Source: Octopus vulgaris (taxonomy: Eukaryota). Taken from it: a DNA stretch of 64,000 nucleotides. The DNA is taken from NCBI GenBank assembly GCA_951406725.2, contig OX597833.1, positions 62,496,001 to 62,560,000 of the forward strand, in the 5' to 3' direction. The position numbers were made by a program, and so were the translations under genes. Positions 24,278 to 36,971 of this stretch are shown here, piece by piece. The notes under the pieces were generated by a model. The model was not told where the DNA came from and made no database searches. It worked only from the letters and a program-made list of their open reading frames with translations. How positions within the stretch are numbered: position 1 is the first letter of the stretch; the number at the start of each line of letters is the position of its first letter.

Positions 24278-25357
24278 GTATGTACTGCCTTGTCTTTTTC
24301 ATGGTATGGTGATATGGGGGTGGAGATCAGTGGTGGTGGGGGTTGGCCTTTGTTAGGATCTCTGAGACTGGTTCTAATACCAGGAAGGACCTCAGGGGGT
24401 TACTACTGCTGCAGGAGGAAATAATGTATCAGGACACTGAGTTGCCCTCCCCAACTCTGATGAGATATCTGCCCCGAATACTTACAAAACACTCAACCCT
24501 GCTAAAAGCACTGAAATGCTGGGTAACACATAGTTAGGTTTGTTACCCTTTGTGGCCCAAAAGCAGTTATATCTGTGTCTGTTGTCACAGCCTGTCTTCT
24601 TCTTCCTCAATTGGTGGGACACCAAAGCTTATAGACTATCCAGAGATTCCAGCACTTCTAAACAAAACCCCTTTTGTCCTAAACAAAAGCCCTTCCTATA
24701 TAGTTCCTTGTGCTTGTTTAGATTTGGGAGCCTAAAATTAAGGACTGCTTCAAGTTGTTGATATTTCACTGAATGTCTTAAACTAAAGGACTGTAGTCTG
24801 GCATTTCAGAGTTTGTCTATCAACTGAAGGTCAAACATGAAGGGATTTGAACATGGAAGATAAATGGATGGAGCTAAATACCACAAGTTATTTACTCAGG
24901 TGGCATTCTACTCTTTGTCCCCCTCCACTGGCCTATTCAAATATAGAATGGTTTCAAGTTTTGCCACAAAGGCAGTAGTTTAGGGAGAAGGAATGAGTTG
25001 ATTACATCAACCCCAGTGTTTAACTGGTACTTATTTTATCAACCCCAAAATGATGAAAGGTAAAGTCGACCTCAGCAGAATTTGGACTCAGAATTTAGCG
25101 GCGAGTGAAATACTGCTAAGCATTTCATCCAGTGTGCTAATTATATAATAAGTACAAGACCTTAGATTTAGGAGTGAGAATAGAATTGATTCAAAAGACT
25201 CAATATATGACTGGTACTTCCTTTAGCTGACTTTGCTGTGATTTGAACTCAGAACATTAAGAATCATAACTAAATACTGCAAAGTATTTTATCTGTCCCT
25301 CAAAAGATTATGACAGTCCACCTTCTACTTAAATGGATATTACTACCAAACTTTGTT

Positions 25358-25700
25358 CCAGGCCATTAGAGGAACCAAAGAGAACCACAAGTGTTCCAGG
25401 CTGTAAGAGAACCTACAGAGAATCACAAGTATCCCTGGCTGTACGAGGAACCATAGAGAGCCTCAGGTATCCAAAGCCATAAGAGGAACCACAGAAAGCC
25501 ACAAGTGACCCAGACCATAAGGGGAGCTACAGAAATCCACAAATCACTCAGGCCATAAGAGGATCCACAGAAATCCAAAAGAGTTCCAGGCCATAAAAGA
25601 ATTCACAGAACCACAAGTGACCCAGGTCACAAGAACACCCACAAGTGATCTGGGCCATAATAGGAACCACAGAGAGTCACAAGTGTTCCAAGCCATAAGG
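25358..25700. repeat. Degenerate ~38-bp tandem repeat, about 9 copies
   Basis: Consensus close to ccaggccataagaggaaccacagagagccacaagtgtt. Confidence 0.8.
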
Positions 25701-25825
25701 GTCCTCAAGAGTAACACAATACATGCATGATAAGTTCCATTTAGAAATCACTCTCAGAAATTATACAAATCTACACAACTGGATCTGAATGTAAGACAAT
25801 CAAAGAGAGGGTCATTGTTTATATC

Positions 25826-26243
25826 TTATTTCTTTATTGCCCACAAGGGGCTAAACATAGAGGGGACAAACAAGGACAGACAAAGGGATCAAGCCGATTA
25901 AATCGACCCCAGTGCATAACTGGTACTTAATTTATTGACCCCGAAAGGATGAAAGGCAAAGTCGACCTTGGCGGAATATAAACTCAGAACGTAACAGCCG
26001 ATGAAATACCTATTTCTTTATTACCCACAAGGGGCTAAACACAGAGGGGACAAACAAGGACAGGCAAAGGGACCAAGTCGATTACATCGACCCCAGGGCG
26101 TAACTGGTACTTAATTTATCGAGCCCAAAAGGATGAAAGGCAAAGTCGACCTCGGCGGAATATAAACTCAGAACGTAACGGCAGACGAAATACCGCTAAG
26201 CATTTCGCCCGGTGCGCTAACGATTCTGCCAGCTTACCGCCTT
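25826..26243 (-). mobile_element. Nin-like SINE dimer with 15-bp TSD
   Basis: Two tandem bodies flanked by tcattgtttatatct at about 25812 and 26248. Confidence 0.8.
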
Positions 26244-26386
26244 ACCATCATTGTTTATATCTGTCCATATTAATCCTGTCCTTTTTAGGTGAATTGGACA
26301 AAGCACAACCCCAGTGACCTCCATCGATACAAGTTGCTACATTTCTCTATCTCGGTTTAATGGTTTTCTATTTTCTTCTTTTGTAG

Positions 26387-26434
26387 ATTATTTAGAATTG
26401 GTGGATGAAAATTGCAGTGAAGACAAGTCAGAAG
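26387..26434 (+). CDS. Ig receptor gene, exon 7: cytoplasmic, DYLELVDENCSEDKSE
   Basis: Acceptor ttttcttcttttgtag|AT, donor GAAG|gtgggt, 48 nt, phase 1-1. Confidence 0.75.
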
Positions 26435-27560
26435 GTGGGTACATTCCTTATCAACAATTTCATTTGGGAGATTTCTCTTTTATACTCTTTCACTTGTTTC
26501 AGTCATTTATTTGACTGTGGTCATACTGGAGCACCGCCTTTCGTCAAGCAAATCGACCCCAGGACTTATTCTTTGGAAGCCTAGTACTTATTCTATCAGT
26601 GTCTTGTGCCAAACCACTAAGTTACGGGGACATAAACACACCACCATCAGTTGTCAAGCGATGTTGGGGGGAACAAACACAGACTCACAAACATATACAC
26701 ACACGACGAGCTTCTTTCAATTTCCGTCTACTAAATAAGTCCTGGGGTTGATTTGTTCTACTAAAAAGCAGTGCTTCAGTATGGCAGCAGTCAAATGACT
26801 GAAACAAATGAAAGAATAAAAGAATAGTCATGAGTTTAATGAAACACATACACACTCACACACACACACATATATATATATACGCATATACCTACGTATA
26901 TACATATGTACTCACTCACATGTTTGTACTCACACCCACACACATGTAGAGCTAGGTGTAATCCTCTGGCTTGCCAGCTCCTGTCCAGCAGTCCAACGAA
27001 AAGCCAGTGAGGAAAACAGATGATGATGATGATGTGTGTGTATTAATTAGTCATTTAGTGAAAGACATTAACACCAGCATCAAACCTGAAAAGGGTTTTT
27101 CCAATATAAAAATTTCCCTGTGTGTGTGTGAATTATGGAAACCAATCCTTGACTCTTTAACTGTTTAAAATTTCAGAGAAATAATGACATGTCTATTAAA
27201 ACCAGAACGAAAAAGGCCGGAAATAATTTGTTTATAATGGTGGGGATTTTTGTTATGTAAGTTATAAATAATTGTGTGTAAATATTTGCTAGAAAAAATA
27301 GAAACAGCTTTCAACTGCTTTTTTACTCAATAGTTCCTGGTTTAGCTCCAGTGCATGGCACCTTGGGCAAGTGTCTTCTACTATAGCCTTGGCCCAAGCA
27401 AAGCCTTGTGAGTGAATTTGGTAGATGGAAACTGAAAGAAGCCTGTTATGTGTGTATGTGTGTGTGTGTATACATATATATGTGTGTGTGTGTGTATATA
27501 TATATATGTGTGTGTGTATATATATATATATGTATATATACATGTGTCCATGTGTGTGTG

Positions 27561-27591
<31 letters not shown>

Positions 27592-27842
27592 ATATATATA
27601 TATATGTGTGTGTCCATGTGTATGTGTGTGTGTCTTTGTCCCCCACCACTGCTTAACAACTGGTGTTGGTGTTTACGTCCCCGTTACTTAGCAGTTCGGC
27701 AAAAGAGACCAATAGACACTTGCCCAAGATGCCATGCAGTGGGACTGAACCAGGAACCATGTGGTTCGTAAGCAAGCCACTTACCACACAGCCACTCCTA
27801 TGCCTATATATATATGTTTATTTTTTTTTACCCCACTTGTAG

Positions 27843-27928
27843 ATTTACTATATGAAGAACCAGGAGAGAGCTATTTCCGACCGACAGAACCAGCACGAAA
27901 GTCATCCAGCAGCACACTTCTGCCATAA
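27843..27928 (+). CDS. Ig receptor gene, terminal coding exon: DLLYEEPGESYFRPTEPARKSSSSTLLP*
   Basis: Acceptor ttttttaccccacttgtag|AT (phase 1), open to TAA at 27926-27928. Confidence 0.75.
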
Positions 27929-28139
27929 CCTGATGTTTAACAGTGATGGCCATGTTCTTGGCAAGCACATGACGCCTGCAATTATCATACGGACAAAAGA
28001 GATGTGTGACAGCTATATGGTTTTGTATTATAGTTATTTGTGATGTGTGTCATGGAAAGAACGGAGAAATCAGAGATGACAGAAGGAAATAACTCTTCTC
28101 ATATATGTGTGCATGTTTATATATACTTATAGTGTGTAT

Positions 28140-28190
<51 letters not shown>

Positions 28191-28248
28191 TACATATATA
28201 TCTATATAGATACATATATATATATATATAGATACATATATATATATA

Positions 28249-28284
<36 letters not shown>

Positions 28285-28397
28285 GGTATGATATGTCACC
28301 AGGCAATGAGGTGACAGGTTGGCAGTTCGTTTCCTAGCACTGACACTAACCCCCTTGAAGCAAAGTTGAAAATCTTCAGTGAGAACAATTGATGTTT

Positions 28398-28431
<34 letters not shown>

Positions 28432-28511
28432 ATGGTTGTGGGTGAGAGAGTATTTATGTATAGAAATATAAACGAATCTACACATTCATGTATATTATAT
28501 TTGTTCACAGA

Positions 28512-28517
28512 AATAAA
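28512..28517 (+). promoter_or_regulatory. Candidate polyadenylation signal of the Ig receptor gene
   Basis: AATAAA about 580 nt after the stop, with a second at 28630. The motif is common in AT-rich DNA. Confidence 0.35.
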
Positions 28518-28609
28518 AGAACATATACATACATACATATATATAATATATATATAACTTATTTGTTAATACAAATTTGGTGTGTGTGTGTTGCATGCCA
28601 TTACTTCAT

Positions 28610-28815
28610 AAATGAAAAAGTGTATGATAAATAAACAAACAACATAACAAATACTGAGTGTACAACCAGACGGGAGACAAACACAGATGGTCATTAAAGG
28701 TGTGAAAGTGAGTGTTAACAATTGGTTGATAACTGATGAAGAATTAGGAACCTTTTGAGTTTGTCTCCCGTCCAGTTGTACACTCAGTATGTTTACCATA
28801 CATTTTCTCATTTAT
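28610..28815. repeat. Imperfect inverted repeat; family member at about 60715-60865
   Basis: atactgagtgtacaacc.gacgggagacaaac / gtttgtctcccgtccagttgtacactcagtat. The segment ggttgataactgatgaagaattagg recurs reversed at about 60839-60863. Confidence 0.7.
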
Positions 28816-28900
28816 TACATAACGTTAAACAATGATGATGATATATATATACATATATATATATAGGTGAGAAAGTTGGTGTGTGAAAGCACGTGGTTGG

Positions 28901-29226
28901 ATATATAGAAAATAGAAAAGAGTGAAAAAACTACAGAAGGCTTGTTTTATAAGGTTAAAGAATATATTTAAGTCGTTATGTTAGAAAATTTTGCATATAG
29001 TAACATAGTTTTTGGAGAAATTACCAGTTTCGTGTTAACTTTTCAAATTTCTCAAATGTCTTTATCTACATCGTGTCATGACACGAAACTGGTAATTTCT
29101 CCAAAAACTATGTTACTATATACAAAATTTTCTAACATTCTTCTAACATAACGACTTAAATATATTCTTTAACCTTATAAAACAAGCCTTCTGTAGTTTT
29201 TTCACTCTTTTCTATTTTCTATATAT
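28901..29226. repeat. Long inverted repeat, arms about 135-145 bp
   Basis: 28901-29034 is nearly the exact reverse complement of 29082-29226, apart from a short duplication in the right arm. Confidence 0.92.
29015..29053 (-). ncRNA. Minimal hammerhead-like motif with U3-A8 core variant
   Basis: Minus strand: gagaaat-TTGAAAA-gt-taac-ac-GAAA-C-tg-GTA-atttctc. Perfect 7-bp stem I, 2-bp stem II. Confidence 0.5.
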
Positions 29227-29243
29227 ATATATATATATACATA

Positions 29244-30120
29244 CGAGGTCTCATCAATAAGCATCTGAAGTGTTGCCATAGTAACAAAGCTGAAGTATGC
29301 AGAGTGAAGCCATTTAGCAAAGATTAGCCTTCATCTCTGCTGTGCATGTGCACTAAGTTTTAACGTTTTAACCCTCTTCTGCTGTTTACAGCAGTGCTTG
29401 GTAGGAAGGTGTGTAGCGTGTGATTGTCGTATTGGCCTTGACAGAGAAAGTTGTCATGGCGATACCTGCTCAGAGGCCCATGCAAAGTTGCAGAAAGTGC
29501 ATGGAGAAGGGTGTATGATCCGCACACAAGTGTACGAGTGGCTTGGACGTTTCCAAGAGGGCCCAAAAATTTCAATATTGATGTATGTTCTGGGAGATCC
29601 ATAAGCAGCTGAATTGAGAAAGACATCGCAGATGTGCGGGCAGCTATGAGGGGAAATCATTGACTCACCATCCGTAAGTTACCAGAGGATGTGCAGATTA
29701 GTTACGGTTCAGTTCAGTTCATTATCAGGGAAGATTTGGGGATGAGACAAGTGTCTGCCAAATTTGTGCCGAAACTGCTTTCAGCTGACCAAAATGACAC
29801 TCAGGTTTCAGTTGCACAAGATCTCATTAATTGTGTTGAGAACAATAAAAAAATTTTTGAAAAGCTTGTGTAGGCCTCTGAACAGGTATCGCTAAACTTT
29901 TGGTAAGATTTGATGCAGATTCTCTGCTCAACTTTCTCTGTTATGCTCAATGCAACAATCACATGCTACACACCTTCCTTTCAAGCACTGCCGTAAACAG
30001 CAGAAGTGAGCTAGAACGTTAAAACTTAGTTCAAGGTCAACCTGTGCCAAGTGGCTTTACTCTACCGGCTTTTATTTTTGTTACTGTGGCAATAGTCCGG
30101 ATACTTCTTGATCAGACGAC
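29244..30120 (+). mobile_element. Non-autonomous mariner-family element with long (about 200 bp) imperfect TIRs
   Basis: Inverted ends in TA-repeat context. Decayed transposase HTH: CSEAHAKLQKVHGEGCMIRTQVYEWLGRFQEG and ISYGSVQFIIREDLGMRQVSAKFVPKLLSADQ (WVPxxL-like motif). Confidence 0.85.
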
Positions 30121-30151
<31 letters not shown>

Positions 30152-31257
30152 AATATTCATGTTACTCTTTTACTTGTTTCAGTGATTTGACTGCGGCCAT
30201 GCTGGAGCACCACCTTTAATCAAGCAACTTGACCCCAGTACTTATTCTTTGTAAGCCCAGTACTTATTCTATCGGTCTCTTTTGCCGAACCGCTAAGTGA
30301 CGGGGACATAAACACACCAGCATCGGTTGTCAAGCAATGCTAGGGGGACAAACACAGAATCACAAACATACACACACACACACATATATATATATACATA
30401 TATACGACAGGCTTCTTTCAGTTTCCGTCTACCAAATCCACTCACAAAGCTTTGGTCAGCCCGAGGCTATAGCAGAAGACACTTGCACAAGATGCCACAC
30501 AGTGGGACTGAACCCGGAACCATGTGGTTGGTAAGCAAGCTACTTACCACACAGCCACTCCTGCGCTCTGCAAAGAGAATGGCCTACAAAACCCCAAAAT
30601 CCCACCTCAATAGAATCACTTTGCTACAATGAATAATATCAAGAAATATGGCATCCATATAATAAAAAAAGCACTATAATGATTAGCAATAATATATATA
30701 TATATATACACACGTTTTATTTATATATACATTTGTGTGTGTTGGAGAGTGAGGTTGAAACAGTTGTCATTTTTCACTTGCAATCTCGGAGTTTGTGTGT
30801 GTGTGCGCGCGTATGTTCCTTATGGATTTGAAAACTGAATTGCCGATTTTGACGCATGAGGTATCAAAAGATTCGGTAATCTTTCGGCTACCAAATAAAG
30901 TATGTTTTTTGCACAACATCTCTTTTTTACTACAAATATGACCTGGAAAACAACCTCAGCTCACACAATTTTGAGGTCTTTCGCTAAGGGAGGCAACTCT
31001 GCCAGACACACTATTTGATTTATCAACAAATGTAAACACACACAGATTAAGTGCAACAATGAGTGTGTGGTTGAGAAGTTTTTTTTTTGGGGGGGACCAC
31101 ACACACACAGACATATATATATATATTATATATATTATATATATATATATACACATATATATATATATATACATATGATATATATATATATACACATGCA
31201 TACACATATATACATATGCATACACATATATATACATATGCATACACATATATATAT

Positions 31258-31300
<43 letters not shown>

Positions 31301-31323
31301 TATATACATATACATACATATAT

Positions 31324-31362
<39 letters not shown>

Positions 31363-31595
31363 TATATACATATACATACATATATACACATACATATATA
31401 TATATACATATACATACATATATATACACATACATAAATACATACGTATATATATTTATATATACATACACACACATATACATGCATACATACATATATA
31501 CACATATATATATATACACATACATACATCTATACATATATATATGTATATATATATATATATATATCTACATACGTATATATATATCTACATAC

Positions 31596-31638
<43 letters not shown>

Positions 31639-31791
31639 TACATATGCACACATATACATACATATACACACATACACACACACGCACATACAAATGCTCA
31701 CATGTACATACATACATAACAATAGCTGATATTATATATGTTGCTTGACTGATTTCTCAAGTCTTGCTTTACATTGTACAAAGAAGGAATG

Positions 31792-31867
<76 letters not shown>

Positions 31868-33487
31868 GTTTTAACATAAGATGTTCCGGATGACTGCACA
31901 TACTTAAGACACTGAGACAGGTAATGAGTAAAGGAATGTTACACATAAACACAGAGTAAGGAAGAATCATGGAAACAAAGGATGGGGGTGCGGCGGGGGG
32001 GGGGGAGGAAATGATAGAGTAGTTGGCTAGAGCTGTAGAACATTCTGGTATGGTTAATATTTACTGTAATGAATATTTCCCTTTGATGCCTTTCAAGTAA
32101 GCTGTTCGTTAGCAGAGTAAGTTTTTTTTATGCATTAATCATTAAGGTACTTGTTAGGTTAGGAATTTCTCAGCTAATTCATTTCAAACGAATACATCAT
32201 CGCAATTACTCCAATTCATTTCGTCTTCCCAGACATCATCCGATGATGTACCTGGACACACGGTGAGGTTTCCTGGGGTCATGAGGTATTTGGGGGTCCT
32301 TCAATATCAGATGCCCTTCACCAGGTGACTCTGAATAGATTAAGCCCTAGCTGGTGTCTCCCTAGTTACACTGCACCTTCTGATCCACAGGGGTAACCTC
32401 TACTGCCTCCACAGCCAACCAGAGGGCCATCTGCCTACTGACCCCAGCAATGCTAAGCAGTGTAAGCTCTCCTTTTTTCTTTTAGTCATTTGACTGTGGC
32501 CATACTGGAGCACTGCTTCAGTCGAGCAAATCGACCCCAGGACTTATTCTTTGTAAGCCTAGTACTTATTCTGTTGGTCTCTTTTGCCGAACCGCTAAGT
32601 TACGGGGGACATAAACACACCACCATTGGTTGTCAAACGATGTTGGGTGGGGGGACAAACACAGACACACAAACACACGCATATATATTTATACATATAT
32701 ACGATGGGCTTCTTTCAGTCTCCGTCTACCAAATCCACTCACAAAGCTTTGGTCAGCCCAGGGCTATAGAAGAAGACACCTGCACAAGATGCCACACAGT
32801 GGGTCTGAACCCGGAACCATGTGGTTGGTAAGCAAGCTACTTACCACACAGCCACTCCGGCGCTCTGCAAAGAGAATGGCCTACAAAACCTCCAAATCCC
32901 ACCTCAATAGAATCACTTTGCTATAATGAGTAATATCAAGAAATATGGCATCCATACAATAACTGCACGCCATCATTATTTTAATGTATCCTACTTTTCC
33001 ACGCTTGCATGGGTTGCACAGAATTTATTGAGACTAATTTTTCTTCAACTGGATGCCCTTCCTGTTGCCAACCCTTGCCCATTTCCAAGCAAGGTAATAT
33101 TTGCCCCAAGGCCAGACATGTTCTCACAGAATGTTAATGAAAATATCACAGCCTGTATAACAATGATAATCATTTACAACTATTACAGAATGTCAAAGAC
33201 AAGGAAAAGCAAACACACACACACACATGCTCTCGCTTATGAAATGCAAGTGGCTGAGTACTCCTTAGACATGTGTACCCTTAACATAGTTCTCAGGAAG
33301 ATTCAGAATGACAAAACAGAATGTGACAAGACTGGCCCTTTGAAATACAGGTACAACTCATTTTCACCAGCTGAGTGGACGGGAGAAATGTTAAATAAAG
33401 TGTCTTGCTCAAGGACACCAGAGGGCATCAGGTATTGAACTCACGACCTTATGAGCAGGAGTCAAACTCCTTAACCAGTAAACCATG

Positions 33488-33566
<79 letters not shown>

Positions 33567-33703
33567 CTTGTTTACCAACCACATGGTTCTGGGTTCGGTC
33601 CCACTGTGTGGCACCTTTGGCAAGTGTCTTCTACTATAGCCACGGGCCGACCAAAGCCTTGTGAGTGGATTTGGTAGACGGAAACTGAAAGAAGCCCGTC
33701 GTT

Positions 33704-33736
<33 letters not shown>

Positions 33737-34167
33737 GCGTGTGTGTGTATGTGTCTGTGTTTGACCCCTAACATCGCTTGACAACCGATGCTGGTGTGTT
33801 TATGTCCCCGTTACTTAGCGGTTCGGCAAAAGAGACCGATAGAATAAGTACTGGGCTTACAAAAGAATAAGTCCCCCGGGGGTCGAGATGCTCGATTAAA
33901 GGCGGTGCTCCAGCATGGCCGCTGTCAAATGACTGAAACAAGTAAAAGAGTATATATATATAAATAAAATATATACCTACAATATTAGATATGTACATAT
34001 ATACACAAAGGCACCACAAGAGCACCTACATCGCTAAAATAGAAGTCAGAAAGTACTTCTGTACCACCAAATAGTCACAAATCTATTTACAGACGTGATA
34101 GGAAAAAATATCAGTGAACAATAATAACATCTTACCTCTACCGGGTCAGAACAAGAAAATGCTGGTT

Positions 34168-34230
34168 AACTCGGTACCGGTTTCAAAAATTAGCGCCAAA
34201 TAGGAGCCTGATTTCTCATCAGCCAAAGTC
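34168..34230 (-). ncRNA. Minimal type I hammerhead ribozyme motif
   Basis: Minus strand: gactttgg-CTGATGA-gaaatcag...ctaattttt-GAAA-CCG-GTA-ccgagtt. Intact core, stem I and stem II complementarity, palindromic stem III (ACCGGT), GUA cleavage triplet. Confidence 0.7.
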
Positions 34231-34336
34231 TGCCAGCTAATTACTACTAAAAGTCTCCCCCTTGCCTGTACGGCTGATAATTCATTTGCCACTCCTGATG
34301 GTATTTTAATAATACCATCCCTATATAAATATATGT

Positions 34337-34645
34337 GGAGGCGCAATGGCCCAGTGGTTAGGGCAGCAGACTCGCGGTTGTAGGATCGCGATTTCGATTC
34401 CCAGACCGGGCATTGTGAGTGTTTATTGAGCGTAAACACCTAAAGCTTCACGAGGCTCCAGCAAGGGGTCGTGGCGATCCCTGCTGTACTCTTTCGCCAC
34501 AGCTTTCTCTCACTCTTTCTTCTGTTGGCCTGCTCGCTTAACCAGCGGGGTGGCATCATTTGAAGGTTGAAGCAATGCAAAGTGCATTGTGACCAGCAAT
34601 GTGTAGCAACATCTGATAGTCTGGTCGGTTACGGCAACGGTGATA
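34337..34645 (+). mobile_element. Third tRNA-derived SINE family
   Basis: Head ggaggcgcaatggcccagtggttagggcagcagactcgcgg...ttcgattccc. Its tail ggcctgctcgctta.ccagcggggtggc...ggtgatatata is shared with 2962-3085 and, reversed, 54306-54420. Related heads at 4320-4520(-) and 53530-53830(-). Confidence 0.75.
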
Positions 34646-35268
34646 TATATATATATATATATACGGTAATACCTTGGTATATAATTCGTTCCCAGAGAAA
34701 TAGTTTACCTATAAAATTTATAATACTAGTAAATAAAATAGCAATAAACAACAGTAGAACATAAATATCATTTATAATAAAAAAATATTATCATTATAAT
34801 TGTTTTCTGAATCACTTTCACTCACACTAGACTCGTGCACACTATCACTTGTAGACGCAATTGCCGATTCACAAGCACTTGTAGACAGACTTGTAGGTTT
34901 CTTTTTAAAAAAACAAGTCTAGAGTTATTTCGTTTTGGGATTTGGTTTGCAAGATTCGTTATGTGAGTTCGTGTGTTGAAGCATATTCTGTTGTGTCTGG
35001 GGAGAGTCATTTTCTTTTTGTGCCTTATGATTTAACACACTCACCGGTAAAATTGCATCTTGCAACCTTTTCAATAGTCTTAAAATGACTCTCCCAAGAC
35101 ACAGCAGAAGTCTAGAGTTGTTTGTTTAGAAGAAGTGTTTTTTTTTTCGCTCTCAATAAATTTCTCAGTAACATGTAGAAGCATTTGTTATGGTAGTAGA
35201 CATTTTTGCACTTTGTTCAAAATTTGGATCTTGTGCTTGAAGAATATAACTTGTAAAGTGATGTATTA

Positions 35269-35321
<53 letters not shown>

Positions 35322-35467
35322 TATATATATATATGTGTATATATATATATATTTCCTGCTAAGCCGATTTAGTCTCTTTCATCTTCCCTTGGTGTACCTC
35401 TTCTAATTTACTAAAGGCACTCTAAGGCTTTTGTAATACTGTTGTATTACGATAGCATAGGCTTACG

Positions 35468-35510
<43 letters not shown>

Positions 35511-35942
35511 TTTATTGATACCAAAACATCGTAAAAGGCAACACCAAGTTTCATATAAATGATCACCAGACAGAACTGAAATTTTAGAACACTACTGTGG
35601 TTTTAAAAGGGAGTATTAGTTGGTAAATAAACAAATAAACACTGAAAGCTAATTAGACATGTTAGTTATCATCGTCATCATCGTTTAACATCTGCTTTCC
35701 ATTCTGGCATGGGTTGGATGGTTTGACTGAGCGCTGGCAAGCCAAAAGGCTGCACCGGGCTACAGTCTGATCTAGCAAAGTTTCTATAACTGGATACCCT
35801 TCCTAATGTCAACCACTCCGAGAGTGTGGTAGGTGCTTTTTATGTTCTACTGGCACGAAGGCCAGTCAGATGGTACTGGTATCGACCACACTCGAATGGT
35901 GCTTTTTACATGCCACTGGCACAGGGTCCAGTCAGGTGGCAC

Positions 35943-36159
35943 TGGGGTTGGTTGAAAAGTTCATAGGCTGACCAAGATACTTTCAGAGAACGTGACCAAA
36001 TGAGGTTTATTTTTCAACATGGTTCTCCTTGCGATTCACACACGTCTACCATTGGCGTTGCACTACTTGGGTCCCATTTGGTGAAGATGCTTTCACCCTG
36101 TTAGTCAAAAAAGTGCTCTTGCATCAGTCGGCCTATGAACTTTTCAACCCTACTCGTAC
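35943..36159. mobile_element. Small mariner-like MITE
   Basis: Inverted ends ggttgaaaagttcataggctgac / gtcggcctatgaacttttcaacc, ending ...ctcgta. Confidence 0.65.
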
Positions 36160-36918
36160 AGGAGTTGGTTGGAAAACACGATTGGTTAGTAATGAAAAAC
36201 AATATTAACGTTAATAATGAACAAAATACAAGTGAAATAAAGCAAAGAGTTAAGCATTGGTGTCAGTAAATGGTTATAATATCTGCAACTGAGGGGTTCC
36301 AGGCAAGAAACACCTAATAGAATTTAAGAAGCATGGTTGGAGCAAGCTGAAAGGTGAGAAACCATGACAAAGAGGACAGTGGAGCATACATATATACATA
36401 TTCTTTTACTTGACTGTGGCCATGCTGGAGGTCCACCTTTAGTCGAGCAAATTGACCCCAGGACTTGTAATTTGTAAGCCTAGTACTTATTCTATCAGTC
36501 TCTTTTGCTGAACCGCTAAGTTACGGGGATATAAACACACCAGCATCGGTTGTCAAGCGATATTGGGGGGGAGAAACACGGACACACAAACACACACATA
36601 TATATATACATAAACACGACGGGCTTCTTTCAGCTTCCATTAACCAAATCCACTCAGAAGGCTTTGGTCGGCCCGAGGCTATAGTAGAAGATACTTGCCC
36701 TAGGTGCTACGCAGTGGGACTGAACCCGGAACCATGTGGTTTGTAAGCAAGCTACTTACCAAACAGCCACTCCTACGCCTATATATATATATACACACGC
36801 ACACATATATACATTCATATATATTTACATACATACACACACACATATATATTTACATACATACACACACACATATATATTTACATACATAGACACACAC
36901 ATATATATTTACATACAT

Positions 36919-36971
<53 letters not shown>

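Noticed and set aside
26289-26330. Alternative acceptor cctttttag|GT before exon 7
   Set aside because: In phase 1 it reads GELDKAQPQ* and stops, with no donor. The 26387 acceptor fits the frame. It cannot be excluded as a minor truncating isoform.
28725-28760. Hammerhead at aaCTGATGAagaattaggaacc (and its relative at about 60845)
   Set aside because: No properly placed GAAA or pairable stem II.
32926-33438. 170-aa ORF
   Set aside because: A patchwork of retroposon tail and SINE fragments, with no domain or splice support.
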